This document shows positions 48,455 through 61,224 of a stretch of DNA of 64,000 nt, piece by piece. Position 1 is the first letter of the stretch. The number at the start of each line of letters is the position of its first letter. The DNA is taken from positions 5,270,001 to 5,334,000 of the forward strand of contig JBHGNT010000007.1 of NCBI GenBank assembly GCA_043228905.1. The letters run 5' to 3'. The position numbers were made by a program, and so were the translations under genes. This DNA is from Azolla caroliniana. Its lineage: Eukaryota > Plantae > Polypodiophyta. The notes beneath the pieces were generated by a model. The model was not told where the DNA came from and made no database searches. It saw only the letters and a list, made by a program, of their open reading frames with translations.

Positions 48455-51400
48455 ATGAGAAATGTTGGGGTAGCTATTGATTTCTCACCGAATAGCAAAA
48501 ATGCTTTGCATTGGGCTATAGAAAACTTAATTAGAGATGGTGATAGTGTAATTATCATAATAGTGCAACCAAAGGGTGTTGAGCCAGCCATCCATTTGAA
48601 GACTTTATGGGTAGATCGCGGTTCACGTAAGTAATATGCTAAATTGTTGCTTTATATTTTTGTAGATACATATCATGTTTCCAAATCAGTTGATTATAGA
48701 TTTTGTATCCACAGCACTTATTCCATTTGCTGAGTTCAAAGATCCAAAGACTCAAAAGGACTATGCAATTACTATAGACAACCAAGTCATTACGCACCTT
48801 GATAATCTCAATCTCCACAAGGATGTAAGATGTGACTTAAGACTCAAATAAGTTTTGTTTTGGGCAAGCAATCTGCTATTAGATACAAAGTTGTGTATAT
48901 TACATATTCGTGAGAAATCATAAACATTTAGCTTTTACAAACCATGGTTCACCCTAGCATACAAAAGGGTGAAGAGAGATTATCCATATACATGGCACAT
49001 GGATACAACATTCAAAATTAAATAAACCAATAGGAACAATAAATATGTATATGGAAAATGAAATGTATCCCCGATTCCCTTAATATATTTGAGCAAAATT
49101 TTGCACTTGATGTGTATAAGGGCTACACTTCATACATAGGTGTCATCATGTTTAGCACGTGTGTGTGTGGGGTGTTTGCATGCATGACATTAGACAGTAA
49201 ACAATGACCAACAAAGTTGAAAGTGATTTATCACCCAATTTATGTTATTCGAGTTTTATAGATTTTTAGACTTGACAACCAAGCTAGAACAAGTTTTTTT
49301 AGCATATAGAACTTGCACACATTAGTGTGTCGTCATTATCATTTTGTTTCTCTATAAGCAATCATTTTCTAAAGGTAATTTGTCTTTTTATAAGGTGATC
49401 ATTCACGTGAAAATTTATTGGGGTGATCCATCTGAAAAGATATGTGAAGCAACAAACAAAATACCTCTACATACCTTAGTAATGGGTAGTAGAGGACAAG
49501 GAACTATTAAAAGGTAAACGTCTAAGTAGACTATTCATGTATAATCCCACGTGCCTTGGATTTTTTAATGGAGGAATATGGGTAGACTCAAGATTTTGTC
49601 TCAATATGATCATCAATAATATCTTTAATCCATGTGTCAACATTCTCATGTGTCATTTCATATAAGAGTTAAATAGCTAATTAGGCACATTGTCTATGAT
49701 TTTGTCTCAATAGCAGGACACTCGATTAAGTATAAAATCAATGTCTTCACTCATGAGTCGTGATTGATTACATATTCAAACATTTACCTTATCATAGTTC
49801 TAGCATTTAGATATACAAACATGGTGATGTAGTGATCAAGATTTTGCTTTGCAACATTTATTTGACATGTTTTCTAAAAAATATATAAAGACTGAATTTT
49901 CGATATAAAGATTGAAAACAATAGCATTGTGCTTATAAGTAACAATCGGCAACGGTTCGGTTCGGTTCGGTTCGGTTTGAGAGGGTCCAAACCGAACCGG
50001 TTTGGAACCGAACCATTAAAAAATGTTGAAACCTGAACCGAACCGAACCGAACCGCGAAACCTTTAAACCGAACCGTTAAACATTTTTCAAACCGTTAAA
50101 CCATTAAACCGTAAAAACCGCGGTTTCGTGGTTCGGTTTCGGTTTTCAACATAGGTCAAATTTATTTTATTTTATTTTTAAATTTATAATATTTCACTAT
50201 TTAGAATTTTTAAAATTTTTAAGATGTTCCTAAAATGTGAGAATAAGAGTAAAAATGAAAAGATTGTTTAAAAACAATTTTTAAAATTTTTTAGAATTTT
50301 TTTCAAAATTTTTAAAAAATAAAAAAAAATAAAAAATAAAAACCGTTTAAACCGCGGTTTTTGACTGCTGAAACCAAACCGAAACCGAACCGAACCGTTA
50401 AAAAAAACCTAAACTTGAACCGAACCGAACCGAACCGTTGAAACCGTTAAGCCGTTAAACCGCGGTTTCGCGGTTCAGTTCGGTTCAAACCGAACCGTTG
50501 CCGATTGTTACTTATAAGGGAATGCTAACAAATAAATAATGAATAAACAAGAGATTTGAATATATTTTGTTGAATGCGATGCCTCTCTTTAAGCACGACA
50601 AGAGAATAGAAACATATGAGTACTAAGTATGACCACATGTGAGATATGTTATTGTTACGTATAACTCATTTCACTCAATGATTTGGGAAAGAGATTCTTT
50701 AGACTTCGAAAGGTATTATGAATACCCGCCCAAAAAGACCTCTGCAATCTTTAAGATATAAACACATAACACATATTCTATATGTGTATCAAGGAAAGGC
50801 ATACCTCGCAAATTTTAGTTTTACTTTGGGAATTAGTTCTTAAATATATGAAGGTGCCAAATTTTTATAGTTGTTACGCATACAACCATAACTGATCGTG
50901 AGATAGGTTTTCTGTAGTTTGTCCTAATCTTATAATGAGTATGTGCCGGTTAATTATGAAAGGAACGAGGATATGAATTGTAATATTCATTTCTACGGTG
51001 TGGGACCACTATTAAGTGTGTTATCAATAGACCACTTCAAATAAAGCAATCAAGTGTGAACACACTAGGACCTAGGGTTTTTGCATATATAAGGAGGCTA
51101 CTTCTAGCTACCTTCCTATCAAGGAGGCTTGACTTGTGTTGAGACAATGATAATGTGGCTATGGCTCTTGTTAGCTAAGCACATGCGATCCTTGCAGAAT
51201 CCAAGGTACGACTCGCATCAATCCTCAATGGTATGGGACATTAGGTTCGTGTTTGTCTCATGCCATCGTTAGTGATCGGGTGGTTTGGCACCCTTCTTTT
51301 ATTTCTTGGTCAATAAATTCTTTATGTTTTGCTTAATTAATTAGTGGACTCTAACGATTGTGGATTAAACCTTGTGAGGGAGTACTACAATGACACTTCA

Positions 51401-51534
51401 ATATATGGTTCAAGGATGTTTCGTGAAAACTTTAATGACCTTATACATGTTTTGTCAATTGCAGAGTTCTTCTCGGAAGCGTGAGCAATTATGTTGTCCA
51501 TCATGCTCCGTGCCCAGTCATTGTTGTGAAGTAG
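48455..51534 (+). CDS. Universal stress protein A-like (USP) protein, 156 aa, 4 exons
   Basis: Exons 48455-48626, 48715-48824, 49395-49513 and 51465-51534 (GT-AG, frame consistent): [79 protein letters not shown], including the G-2x-G-9x-GS ATP-binding motif. Absent from the ORF track. Confidence 0.93.
49940..50510. mobile_element. hAT-type MITE (571 bp) in USP intron 3
   Basis: Perfect 23-bp TIR TAACAATCGGCAACGGTTCGGTT; 8-bp flanking duplication CTTATAAG (49932-49939 / 50511-50518); subterminal (AACCG)n arrays; AT-rich core. Confidence 0.92.
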
Positions 51535-52504
51535 CAAATTTATGGCCAAAACACCCTTATTAAGACCAATATCTAAAAAAAATTTGTTGTTAGACTTTTT
51601 ATGGCGAAATTTCTATGGTCTTTTTGTAGTTCCTACGTTTCTACTTTTATTGTAGTTTATATACAATAAATGTGTATTTTGCCTTAATGTCCATTACATA
51701 GGTAATGCCATATAAGTGGTTCCTATTTGGTATATATGATGAATGTGTATGGCCTTGGGGGTTCTTATGTGAGGATCTTTTTGTATTTCAAGGCACACAA
51801 TTTTTTTCTTCGTTACCTTTACCTATAAAGATTGCCTAGGATCGTTTGGCATGACTTTACAACATTGATTGTAATATTAGACTACTTTGTATATTGCCTT
51901 TGGCCACTTTACTTTTAATACCAATGGAGGATGTTTTTTCATGAAAAAAAAGACACAAATTTTTTTGCCAAGTTGTTTGGACAATGAAACAATTTCCATG
52001 ACATGAACAAATCTTTTATATGTTCACTTCCACGTCTTCTTATGGTCATGGGCGTTCCCATCGGGGAACAAATTCCTCAACGTAAAAGAATCTTTACCAT
52101 CATAAGATATAAAGATTTAATTCACGGTTAATCACATATTCAGAAAAACACGTGGACCATAAAAGAATAGCCACAAAAGAACAAAAGCATGCACGCCATG
52201 AGAAGTAGTTGACAGAATGGAAGCTTAAATTTCTCGTACGATCCAATACGAAAATTGCAAAGTTCTTTGGAAACAAGGCAAGGGGCAGAATTCCGATGGT
52301 CAAGTGTATAATCGGATCGTAAACAATCCAATGCGATAACCACCAACAATACAAAAATCAAACATAGGAAAACAATGCAAGTGCGTCTCGCATTGCCACA
52401 CCATAATATACGAAACCAACATACAACTGTTGGTTACGGTTTATACACGTACATTGTCACACATCACATGAAGACATGGAAGTACCACCATACCTTGCTA
52501 GTAT

Positions 52505-52745
52505 AAACATACATGCACATGCACATGCACACACACACACACATATAAATATATATAGCTCACTAGGATAAGCATACAACATACACATATAAATATATAT
52601 AGCTTTAGCTTGCTAGGATAAGCATACATATATACACATGCACACACATATAAATATATATAGTTTGCTAGGGTATGCATATAGATATAATCATATATAT
52701 ACATACATATGCACACACACATATATAGTACATATATATATATGC
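52505..52745. repeat. Compound (CA)/(TA) low-complexity repeat with an internal ~50-60 bp periodicity
   Basis: acacatataaatatatatag...ctaggataagcatac occurs about three times. Confidence 0.8.
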
Positions 52746-52837
52746 AAATCTTCAAAAGAGAAGAGGCAAAAAAATGAAAAGCGAAAAAATGAGGAATACT
52801 ACTAGTAAGATAAATTTATTGGTAATTCAACAGATTC

Positions 52838-52909
52838 AGGTCCCGCCGGGATTCGAACCCAGGTTATTGGATTCAAAGTCCAATGTGCTAACCACTACAC
52901 TACGGAACC
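52838..52909 (-). tRNA. trnQ-UUG: tRNA-Gln (anticodon UUG)
   Basis: GGTTCCGTAGTGTAGTGGTTAGCACATTGGACTTTGAATCCAATAACCTGGGTTCGAATCCCGGCGGGACCT: 72 nt cloverleaf, A box, B box GGTTCGAATCC. T-runs downstream (~52783 and ~52768) could act as the Pol III terminator. Confidence 0.96.
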
Positions 52910-53033
52910 ATTGATATTAAATAGTTCCAATATAATATTATCCATACTTAATCCATTCTTGTTTCTTAAACCGCAAAATCGACACAGCCTTATAAATCTT
53001 GAATGGAAGAATCCGCATAAGGTCCAACCCAAT

Positions 53034-56000
53034 ATGGTGTTTCGAAGAGAGATTCGCTGTGCCATGTCAAGGAATCTGCAGACAAGAATAGGTTACTTCT
53101 TTAGTACCTCCATTCATCCTTCAGCCATAATACACAAAGACGCTTCCATCTCTGAGGTAAGAAAACAGAGAAAATCCCGCCCTTTTAATGTTGATTGATT
53201 GTGTGTGTGTGTGTGTGTGTGTATCTTCTTTGAGGGTTTAATTTTCCTTTGGTTAAAACCCCGAGCTTAGTCTATATGATCATTTTGTGCTTCTCTTCCT
53301 GGGTTCAACGTGTCTCTTTTTCTTTCTTGGTTCATTGTTTTGGTTTTTACTCTTATTTTCATTGTTTATTTTATTTTTCTGGGTTCACCTTTTTTCTTCC
53401 AGTTAATGGTTTTTGGTTTTGAAATTTATTGGGTCAAATTTATGGGCGCTATTAAAAATTTTGGTTCAATATTTAAGTTTTAGTCTTTTTGTTGGGCTTT
53501 AATTCTTTATGGACCTTTATCTTTTTGGTTTAGTTTTCTTTGTTTAAATCTTTCTTGATTCCAATATTTTTGGGTTGATTTATTTCTCTTGAATGAATGC
53601 TATTGAGTTAAAAATTCCTTGGTTTAAATGTCTTATTGTTTTTGTTCTTTGCTTTGGATTTTAATTGATCTCGTTTTGATTTTTCAGGATGTAACTATTG
53701 GACCTTTTTGCACAGTTGGGTCTCAAGTGAAATTGGGGAAAGGCTGTGTATTGCATCAGAATAGCCACATTCATGGCAGAAGTGAGTTGGGCGAAAAATG
53801 CATCCTCTACAAGTAAGGGTGTTGGTGTTTGGAAATGGTTTCAAATTCATAAGAAGTTCTTTGAGATGTATTTTCTAATGTGAAACAAAAGAATCCACTC
53901 TCTCCTTCATGTTTCCTACAATGTTTTTGACATTCTTAGCTTATTTAGGTAACTTGGATCAACATATCTAGCTAGTTGCAACAAAGGGCAAAGGGGGCCA
54001 TCAATCAGGAGGTAGAAGAGGAAACGTCAATCACCATTTTTATGGTTTCTTAGGGAAAAAAAACTCTGAAATACCCGAGTTTTTCTTCATGTACCCAAAT
54101 GCCCCTAGGTTTCATTATTTCTTCAGATGCCTCTAAGATTTTGTTATTTCCTTGATTGGTCCAAATTTCCATAATTTTTTGTTATATCCCCAAAAGCCCT
54201 TGAAAATCCCCTCCTTGGTTCAATTATGAGTTTTGTTTAAGCAATCATATAGTCAAATTATATGTATTATCAGGAATTATATGGTCACGGACATTTGGGG
54301 GGAATAACAAGATTTTAGGGGCAATTGGGGAAAATAAAGAAAACAAAAGTAATATTTTAGATTCTTGTTAATAATTAGGTAATTAACTATGGGTTAATTG
54401 GTGTCTAATTATGTAAGTAGTTGATCACGTATGTGATTATGCAGCGGAAGATTATGTGATATGTGTGTGTATTTGTGTGAGAGAAGGAGAGAGAGGAAGT
54501 TACACTTATGAACAATAAGATGCACAGGGGATGATTAACAAGAGTGTAGCTAGATAACCTTTTTCTATATTAATAAACATTATCAAATATAAGAATACCC
54601 AGAATGAGTTATATATAGATCTCATGTGCAAGGGTGCACATGTGTGAGGAGAATATAGGTGTACTGGGAGTGGAGGATCTAGAATGTATCCCACTTAAGT
54701 ACAAGGTCCTATTTAAGGCTCTAAGGTAAACAAACAAACTAGATTCTATCTAGGTAACTACTAAGTTACGTGGTTAACTAAATGGCTAAACTTAATTGAG
54801 CTTGATATCTCAACATGCCCCCTCAAGCTCAAGTGTGAGGCGTCCGGCGTTGTCCGGCTTTCGGTGTCGGCATTTCCATGGCAGTTTTGGTTCCTCCCGC
54901 TCAAGCCTATGACGAAGGCTTGTAGTGGTAAATGACTGAAGGCCGAATGCTTGCATCTCGTCAACCATGGCTTCCATCGCTTAGGGGTCATGAGCCACTT
55001 CTGTAAAGCTTTTGAGCTCTTGTTCGGCCCCCACCTTCATCGTGAAGGCATAATGATGGGCCATATACTTGTTGTAGCTGAACCGAGTGATTGGGTTCTT
55101 CTCTCAAGATGAGTGTTAGAGTTTTTTGTTTGTCAACGTGAGCGCTTTCTTTACTCCAAGTGTCTGCATAATGGGTACACCAAACTCACTATCTAATGAG
55201 TGAACCGACACATCCAAATCACTTTCTCGGGATGATCAACTTCATACTTGGGCATCTTACCTTTGCCTTTGTCCGATCCGGCCCATGGTCGAGATGTGCT
55301 TGGAATGCTTGAGGGCTCGTGTGGTCCAGTTAGCTCGGTAGAGCTTGGATTGTCCTTTGGTAAAGGACTTGGCCGAATATCATCATCCGAGTTGACGTCC
55401 AACTCTTCCTCAGTCGGACCGGATGGAGTTGAATAGGGTTCATACCATGATGTTGATTCGTCGAAAACTACGTCCCGACTCACCTGAACCGCTTGGGTCG
55501 AAGGGTTGAAGCACTTGTATCACTTTTTCTCGGATGAGTATCCTACGAGGATACATTTCTCTGACTTCACGTTGAGCTTCTGTTGTTTTTTGTTCGGGAT
55601 GCGTACATCCGCAATGCTTTTGAACACTTTGAGGTGCGAAAGGATTGACTTCCTTCCAACAAAGATTCTCGTATGGAGTTAGCTCATGTACTCCATTAGT
55701 GGTGCACCGATTCATGAGATAGACGGTTGTGGATGCCACTTCGGCCCAATAGAAATTCGGCATGTGCTTCTCATGCATCATGGCGCGTGCTACCTCAAGT
55801 ATGTGCCAATTCTTTCTTTCGGCTACTCCATTTTGTTGGGCTGTGTGTTGGCACAAAAATTCTCTCTGAATGCCTTCACCTTGGAGGTAGGAGATGAATT
55901 CGTTGGAGAAGTACTCCTTGCCTCCATCTGATCATAGGCATCGAATGTGTCGACCGGTTTCTTTTTCGAATTGGCTCTTGAGCTTTTGGAAGTGTGAGAG

Positions 56001-59000
56001 CGCTTCACTCTTCTTCTTCATCGGGAAGATCCACGTGTAGCGGGAGTAATCGTCGATGAAGGTGACGTAATATCGACATCCGTCGATCGTCGACGTTTGA
56101 GCCAGTTCCCATACATCTGAGTGGATTATGTCAAGGAGGCCTAGGTTACGTAGCTCTCCTTTGGGAATGGGAGTCGATGTTTGCCGAGTTGACATGCTTC
56201 ACACACTCGGTCGACTCGTTTCAAATCAAAGGCCAGAAGTCCGATGACGACTCCCTTTGATTGCATCACTCGAAACCGTTGGAGATTGATGTGGCCGATT
56301 CTCTTGTGCCACAACTCGATGTTTGTCTCGGTTTTGAGACCTTTGGCATACATGGCCGATTTTACCTCGTCCGAATCGAGAATAAACATTCGGCCTTCTT
56401 TTCTTCCTCTAGCTATGAGTCGGCCATTCTTTTCTATAAAGCATCCTCCTTCGTTGAAACGGACTTGCATGCCTTGCTCCACGATTTGGCCAACTGAGAC
56501 CAAATTCTTTGTTATTGTAGGAATGCGCAAGACATTTTTGATGCAATTGTTTTTGCCGTCTTTGTTGAATGGAACATTGCCAATGTGTCGAATGGGATGT
56601 GTGGTGTCGTCTCTCGTCTCTATGTAGCTAGGCTGATCCAGCGCTCTTAAGTCACGAAACCATTCTTGGTGTGACGTCATATGATTTGAGGCGTCGTAGT
56701 CAACGAACCACACGTCTTCTGAATTGGAGGTGCTAGTGGAGTCAGATGCCGACATAGAGTTAGCCTTATGTCGCATGACGAACAATCCACCGTAGTCTTC
56801 AAATTCGGAGTTGGTGGCGTAGTTTGTGAGTTGCCGGCTTGTGGAACTGACTTGCTTCTTTTCTTTCAACACTTCTCTTCGCGGTGGCCAATCTTCTCAC
56901 AATAGTTGTAGGTAAGCGGCATGGTTTGCTGACCTTGTTCGGCATGGAAGCTCCCCCTTCTTTAGAAGGTTCCTCGATGGTTTCCGTCTTCTTGTCGAAG
57001 GTTTGAGTTCCCTTGGTGAGATGGGCCGGATTGAAATCTTCTACCGCCGTGACCTCGTCCTCGGCCACCATCTAAATTCGAGAAGAACATTTGGCCTTCC
57101 GACGTGTTACTCTTGGTTCGGACGTGGTTCTCTTCAACCGACAACATTGATTGAAGGTCGAAGAACGAAGGAGGATTTCCTCTCGCTAAGATTGCTGTCC
57201 TTATTGGTTCGAACCGTTGTGCGAGGCCGCCAAGCACACTTCCACCATTTCGTCCTCTTCAATGTTTATGTTGATAGAGCTAAGTGAGTCGTAGATGCTC
57301 TTGATCTTGACGGTGTAGTTTGACACAGACATATCCTTTTGTCGTATGTTGTTCAACTCTTGCCGGAGTTGAAGCTTGTGGGCGGTTGTGTTGGTGGTGA
57401 AGGTTTTCTTCAAGTTTTCCCACGCTTCTTTAGACGTCTCGGCGTCTCGAATGTGGCTAAGCATGTGATCATGGACACATGCTGCCAAACAATACATTAT
57501 CCGACTTGCTCCTTGCTCCCATGTTGGGTAGTTAGCGTTTGTGATGTCGGGTTTGTTTTTGAGTGCACCATTGATGTAGCTCCAATACCCTTGGCCGACT
57601 AGGTATTGGTTCATCTTTTACTCCCAAGATGAAAAATTAGTCCAGTCTAGAGCTACCCATTTGTGTGTTAATGTTGATGTAGTGTCTTCCTTTTTGGCTT
57701 TTCTTCCTTTGGTCATGCACACATGCTATGTAGCAACAATAAAGTAGCGGATAGCCGGATTTGTCGTCGGCGTATCGAACACACAATCACAATGAATCGG
57801 GTGGGGTTAGTAGATATGCTAAACCACACGCTCTGATACCAGGTTAATAATTAGGTAATTAACTATGGGTTAATTAGTGGCTAATTATGTAAGTAGTTGA
57901 TCACATATGTGATTAGGCAATGGAAGATTATGTGATGTGTGTGTGTGTGTGAGAGAAGGAGAGAGAGGAAGTTACACTTATGAACAACAAGACGCATGGG
58001 GGATGATTAACAAGAGTGTAGCTAGATAACCTTTCTCTATATTAATAACTATTATCAAATACAAAAATACCCACAATGAGTTATATATAAATCTCATGTG
58101 CAAGGGTGCACATGTGTGAGGAGAATATAGGTACAAAGGTGTAAGTCCTATATTAAATGTACTTGGGAGTGGAGGATCTAGAATGTGTCCCACTTAAGTA
58201 CAAGGTCCTATTTAAGGCTTTAAGGTAAACAAACAAACTAGATTCTATCTAGGTAACTACTAAGTTACGTGGCTAACTAAATGGCTAAACTTAGTTGAGC
58301 TTGATATCTCAACAATTCTTAAATGTGATTTGCGTAGGTGTGCAAAAATGAGGTTCATTATGTAGCCCTTAAATTTGTGAGGTGTCCTAGTCCACAATGT
58401 GGGATTTGGTAAAGAGAAAAATTATGACACTTTTCTTTTTTATATAAAATTAGCCACAAGAATGCTCCATACCAATACATATGTAATGTGGGAATCATGT
58501 TGGACCAAAACATACTTTTTTTCTGGTGTTCTTGACCTTCTCAGTATTGTTTAGAAAACTTACTCTTGTGTGAGAGATAGTCCAAAACGTATTGCATTTT
58601 CCATTTACTTTGTTTCTTATTTATTTTGATCATGTTTCTATTTTGGTGGGGAACAGTGGTGCTATAGTGGGTTCCGACTTGCCAGGATGTACTGTAATAG
58701 GCAACGAGAATTCAATCGGTCACTATGCTGTTGTTGGTGTTAGATGCCAAGACTTGAAGTACAAGGTGTATAAAAGGTCCTTTGATGTCATCTAGCCTCC
58801 TCATTATTTTATTAAACATTCAAAGCATTTTCATTTTGTATTGTTTCTTGATAAAATCTCTTGCACTATTAATGGTGGTGCTTGTGTCATGTTGTGTTCT
58901 GTGGAAAAATATGCACAAAAAATTACGAGCAAAATTCGTTCTTTGTCGACTGTTCTAAAATGTGTCAAATTAGTAACTATTTGATTGTGGTGAAACCAAT

Positions 59001-61224
59001 AAGAGAAAATTTGAACATAACATGGAAAAAGGTGCAGGACGGAGATGATTGCTATCTGTATATAGGTGATAACAATGATATCCGTGAATACGTGAGCATC
59101 CATTTATCTTCCAAATGCAATGATCAAACGGTATATGTCTCCTCACATTTCCTTATAGCTCTAAAAGAAAAAAACAAAAACTCCCAATAAAATATGATAT
59201 CTTAAAAATGATGATGAACTGTAGAATTTTAGTGATTTGCGCACAGATAATCGGGAATGGAAACCTTATCATGGGGTCATGCCACATTGCTCATGATTGC
59301 AAACTTGGTAACAACAACATTTTGGCTAATGGTACTTTATTAGGCGGTCACGTAGTATTAAAGGTAATCATAACGGAAAACCATCCACATCTTGTATATG
59401 GAAATCCATATAGACTTCGAAAAAAGAAAAGCTTATCTTTGATGTTGATGATTAGGATCATGTTCACACTGGAGGAGGTGTAGCTGTCCATCAGCGATGT
59501 CATATCGATTCATATGCCTTCATATCTGGAGGATCAATGGTGCTAATTTTTATCATCATCTTCTGCTTGCTAGTTATCTGTTTTATTTGGGAGAATTACT
59601 TATAATACCACTGTAGTTATTGGGATTTACTAATAAAGCCATCCTGTGTTTCTGAAAATGACTGCATCACCATTCCCTTTTCACAAAGCTATTAATGAAA
59701 TCAAAATATGGTTAAAAGCATCATGACATCATTTCAAGACTAATTTATAACGAAATTAGCATAATCGAACACATATTAATGCACAATGACTTGCATTAAA
59801 GACATAATTAAGAACAAAGTTAACCACTAATTTATCAAGCAATTGTGGATGGATTGGTGGTAAAATATGCTAATCAAATTATTAAATATTTGTTGTGAGG
59901 AGCATATATTGATTGGTACTTAATTATTGCTAATTGATTGTGATTATCTTTCTGAAAGAAAACGGTGATTTGGTAAATCTTAAATCTGGATTCTATTTTG
60001 GAAATTTTGATAATTATAACAGTGATATATTGGTAAATTTTGCCCTTATGTGCGTAGAAATGTGTTTGTGCAATGGGAAATTTTATTATTTTGGAAAATC
60101 AAAGGAATTGTGGACTTTTAGATTACTCGGGATGTTCCCTTGTATATGATGGTGTCTGGAGTTCGAGCTGAACTTTGTGGACTCAACTTGGAAGGATTGA
60201 GAAGGCAAGGGTTCTCTCCTGAAGAGGTAAAGCTGCTTTTTCCAGAAGAGTAGAAAAAAACATAAGAGAGATTATTGATAACAAGAAAAGGAGTTACCAT
60301 ACATACTATTGAAGAGAAAAGGAAGATTAACAAACTATCGAAGTCTTATGTAATGAGTAACTAACTACTCTTTGTATGTATATATGTATGTATGTATAGT
60401 TGGATGTCTATATGCATGTAATATAAGTCTGGATGCATGTTATGCATTTACATAACGTATGCATGGTATGTATTTATGTTACATATATTTGTATGGATTC
60501 ACTTTTGTTTGTTCTTGATAAATAGAGGACATGAATGCTTGTACATGTTGTATTATATGCAGGTATTGGCATTGAATAGACATATACACATCTGGATCTA
60601 TCAATATGTGTATATATATAGTGATTAGTTCTTTCATCAGCTGATTTTCCTTGTTGTCAAACCTGCATTATGCATTTTTTAATGTTAATTTCATCTTGTT
60701 GATGTTCTTCTCAGATGAGAAGCATTAAGAATGCTTACCGGAAGCTTTTCATGAGCACCGATCCAGAAGTGGGAAGTCTCGATGAAAGATTAATGAAAAT
60801 GGTATGAAGTCTGTGTATGTTCAATTTTGAAAGGCCTAATCCCTTGGCCAAATACCCAATATTTTCATTATTTCCCCAAATGCCCCTAACTTTTCATTGT
60901 TTTTATGAATGCCCTTGGTCACTCACTACCTTTGAGCAAATTATATAATGCAATTCATGCACGTTTTTCTTTATTAACTGGGCTATTTCAGCAATTATAT
61001 GGTCAATTCATCACTTTTTTCTTCTTATTGGGTGTTAACCAACAGGGGTATATCAGAGTTTTTTATTATTATCTGGAAGATACTAACAACATTTATCCTC
61101 TTAGGAGTCATGTGAGGAAATGATGGAAGTTGATGCAGTTGTCCGTCTGCTAAGCTCAATTAGAAGTTGTTTCAATGAAAACAGAAGAGGATTGTGCAAG
61201 TTTGGGCGTTGGAAATCCAAGTAA
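53034..61224 (+). CDS. LPXA: UDP-N-acetylglucosamine O-acyltransferase (LpxA), probably mitochondrial, 320 aa, 9 exons
   Basis: Exons 53034-53156, 53688-53812, 58657-58765, 59038-59130, 59247-59363, 59456-59539, 60122-60226, 60715-60801 and 61105-61224. Motifs IHPSAII, IGPFC, CQDLKY, IGDNNDIREYVSIH, CHIAHDC, LGGHV, VHQ, DVP, GLNLEGLRRQGF. Arg/Ser-rich N-terminus resembles a presequence. Confidence 0.94.
54366..58314 (-). mobile_element. Internally deleted Ty1/copia (copia-4; gag-PR-IN, no RT/RNase H) in LpxA intron 2
   Basis: LTRs at 54366-54815 and 57842-58314; TSD ATTCT (54361-54365 / 58315-58319); PBS tggtatcagagc on minus at 57830-57841; PPT gcttgagggggca at ~54816-54828. gag (LQLRQELNNIRQ), PR (WFVDYDASNHM), IN (LWHKRIGH, VTFIDDYSRYTW, QQNGVAERKN). 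Confidence 0.95.

Noticed and set aside
49940-50510. AACCG arrays, or the 72-bp and 24-bp repeats, as a CRISPR-like array
   Set aside because: There are no unique spacers and no cas genes; they are explained as MITE subterminal repeats and simple tandem duplications.
50873-51390. Solo LTR in USP intron 3
   Set aside because: It has TG start, TATA-like and AATAAA motifs, but I could not find a matching TSD or a second copy.
54050-54355. MITE-like inverted repeat next to copia-4, with a similar stretch at ~60845-60915
   Set aside because: The cccaaatgcccct / ggggcaattgggg similarity is visible, but termini and TSD could not be defined.
53034-61224. LpxA as bacterial contamination or recent horizontal transfer
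   Set aside because: It has eight spliceosomal introns and a presequence-like N-terminus, and nuclear LpxA is already known in plants.
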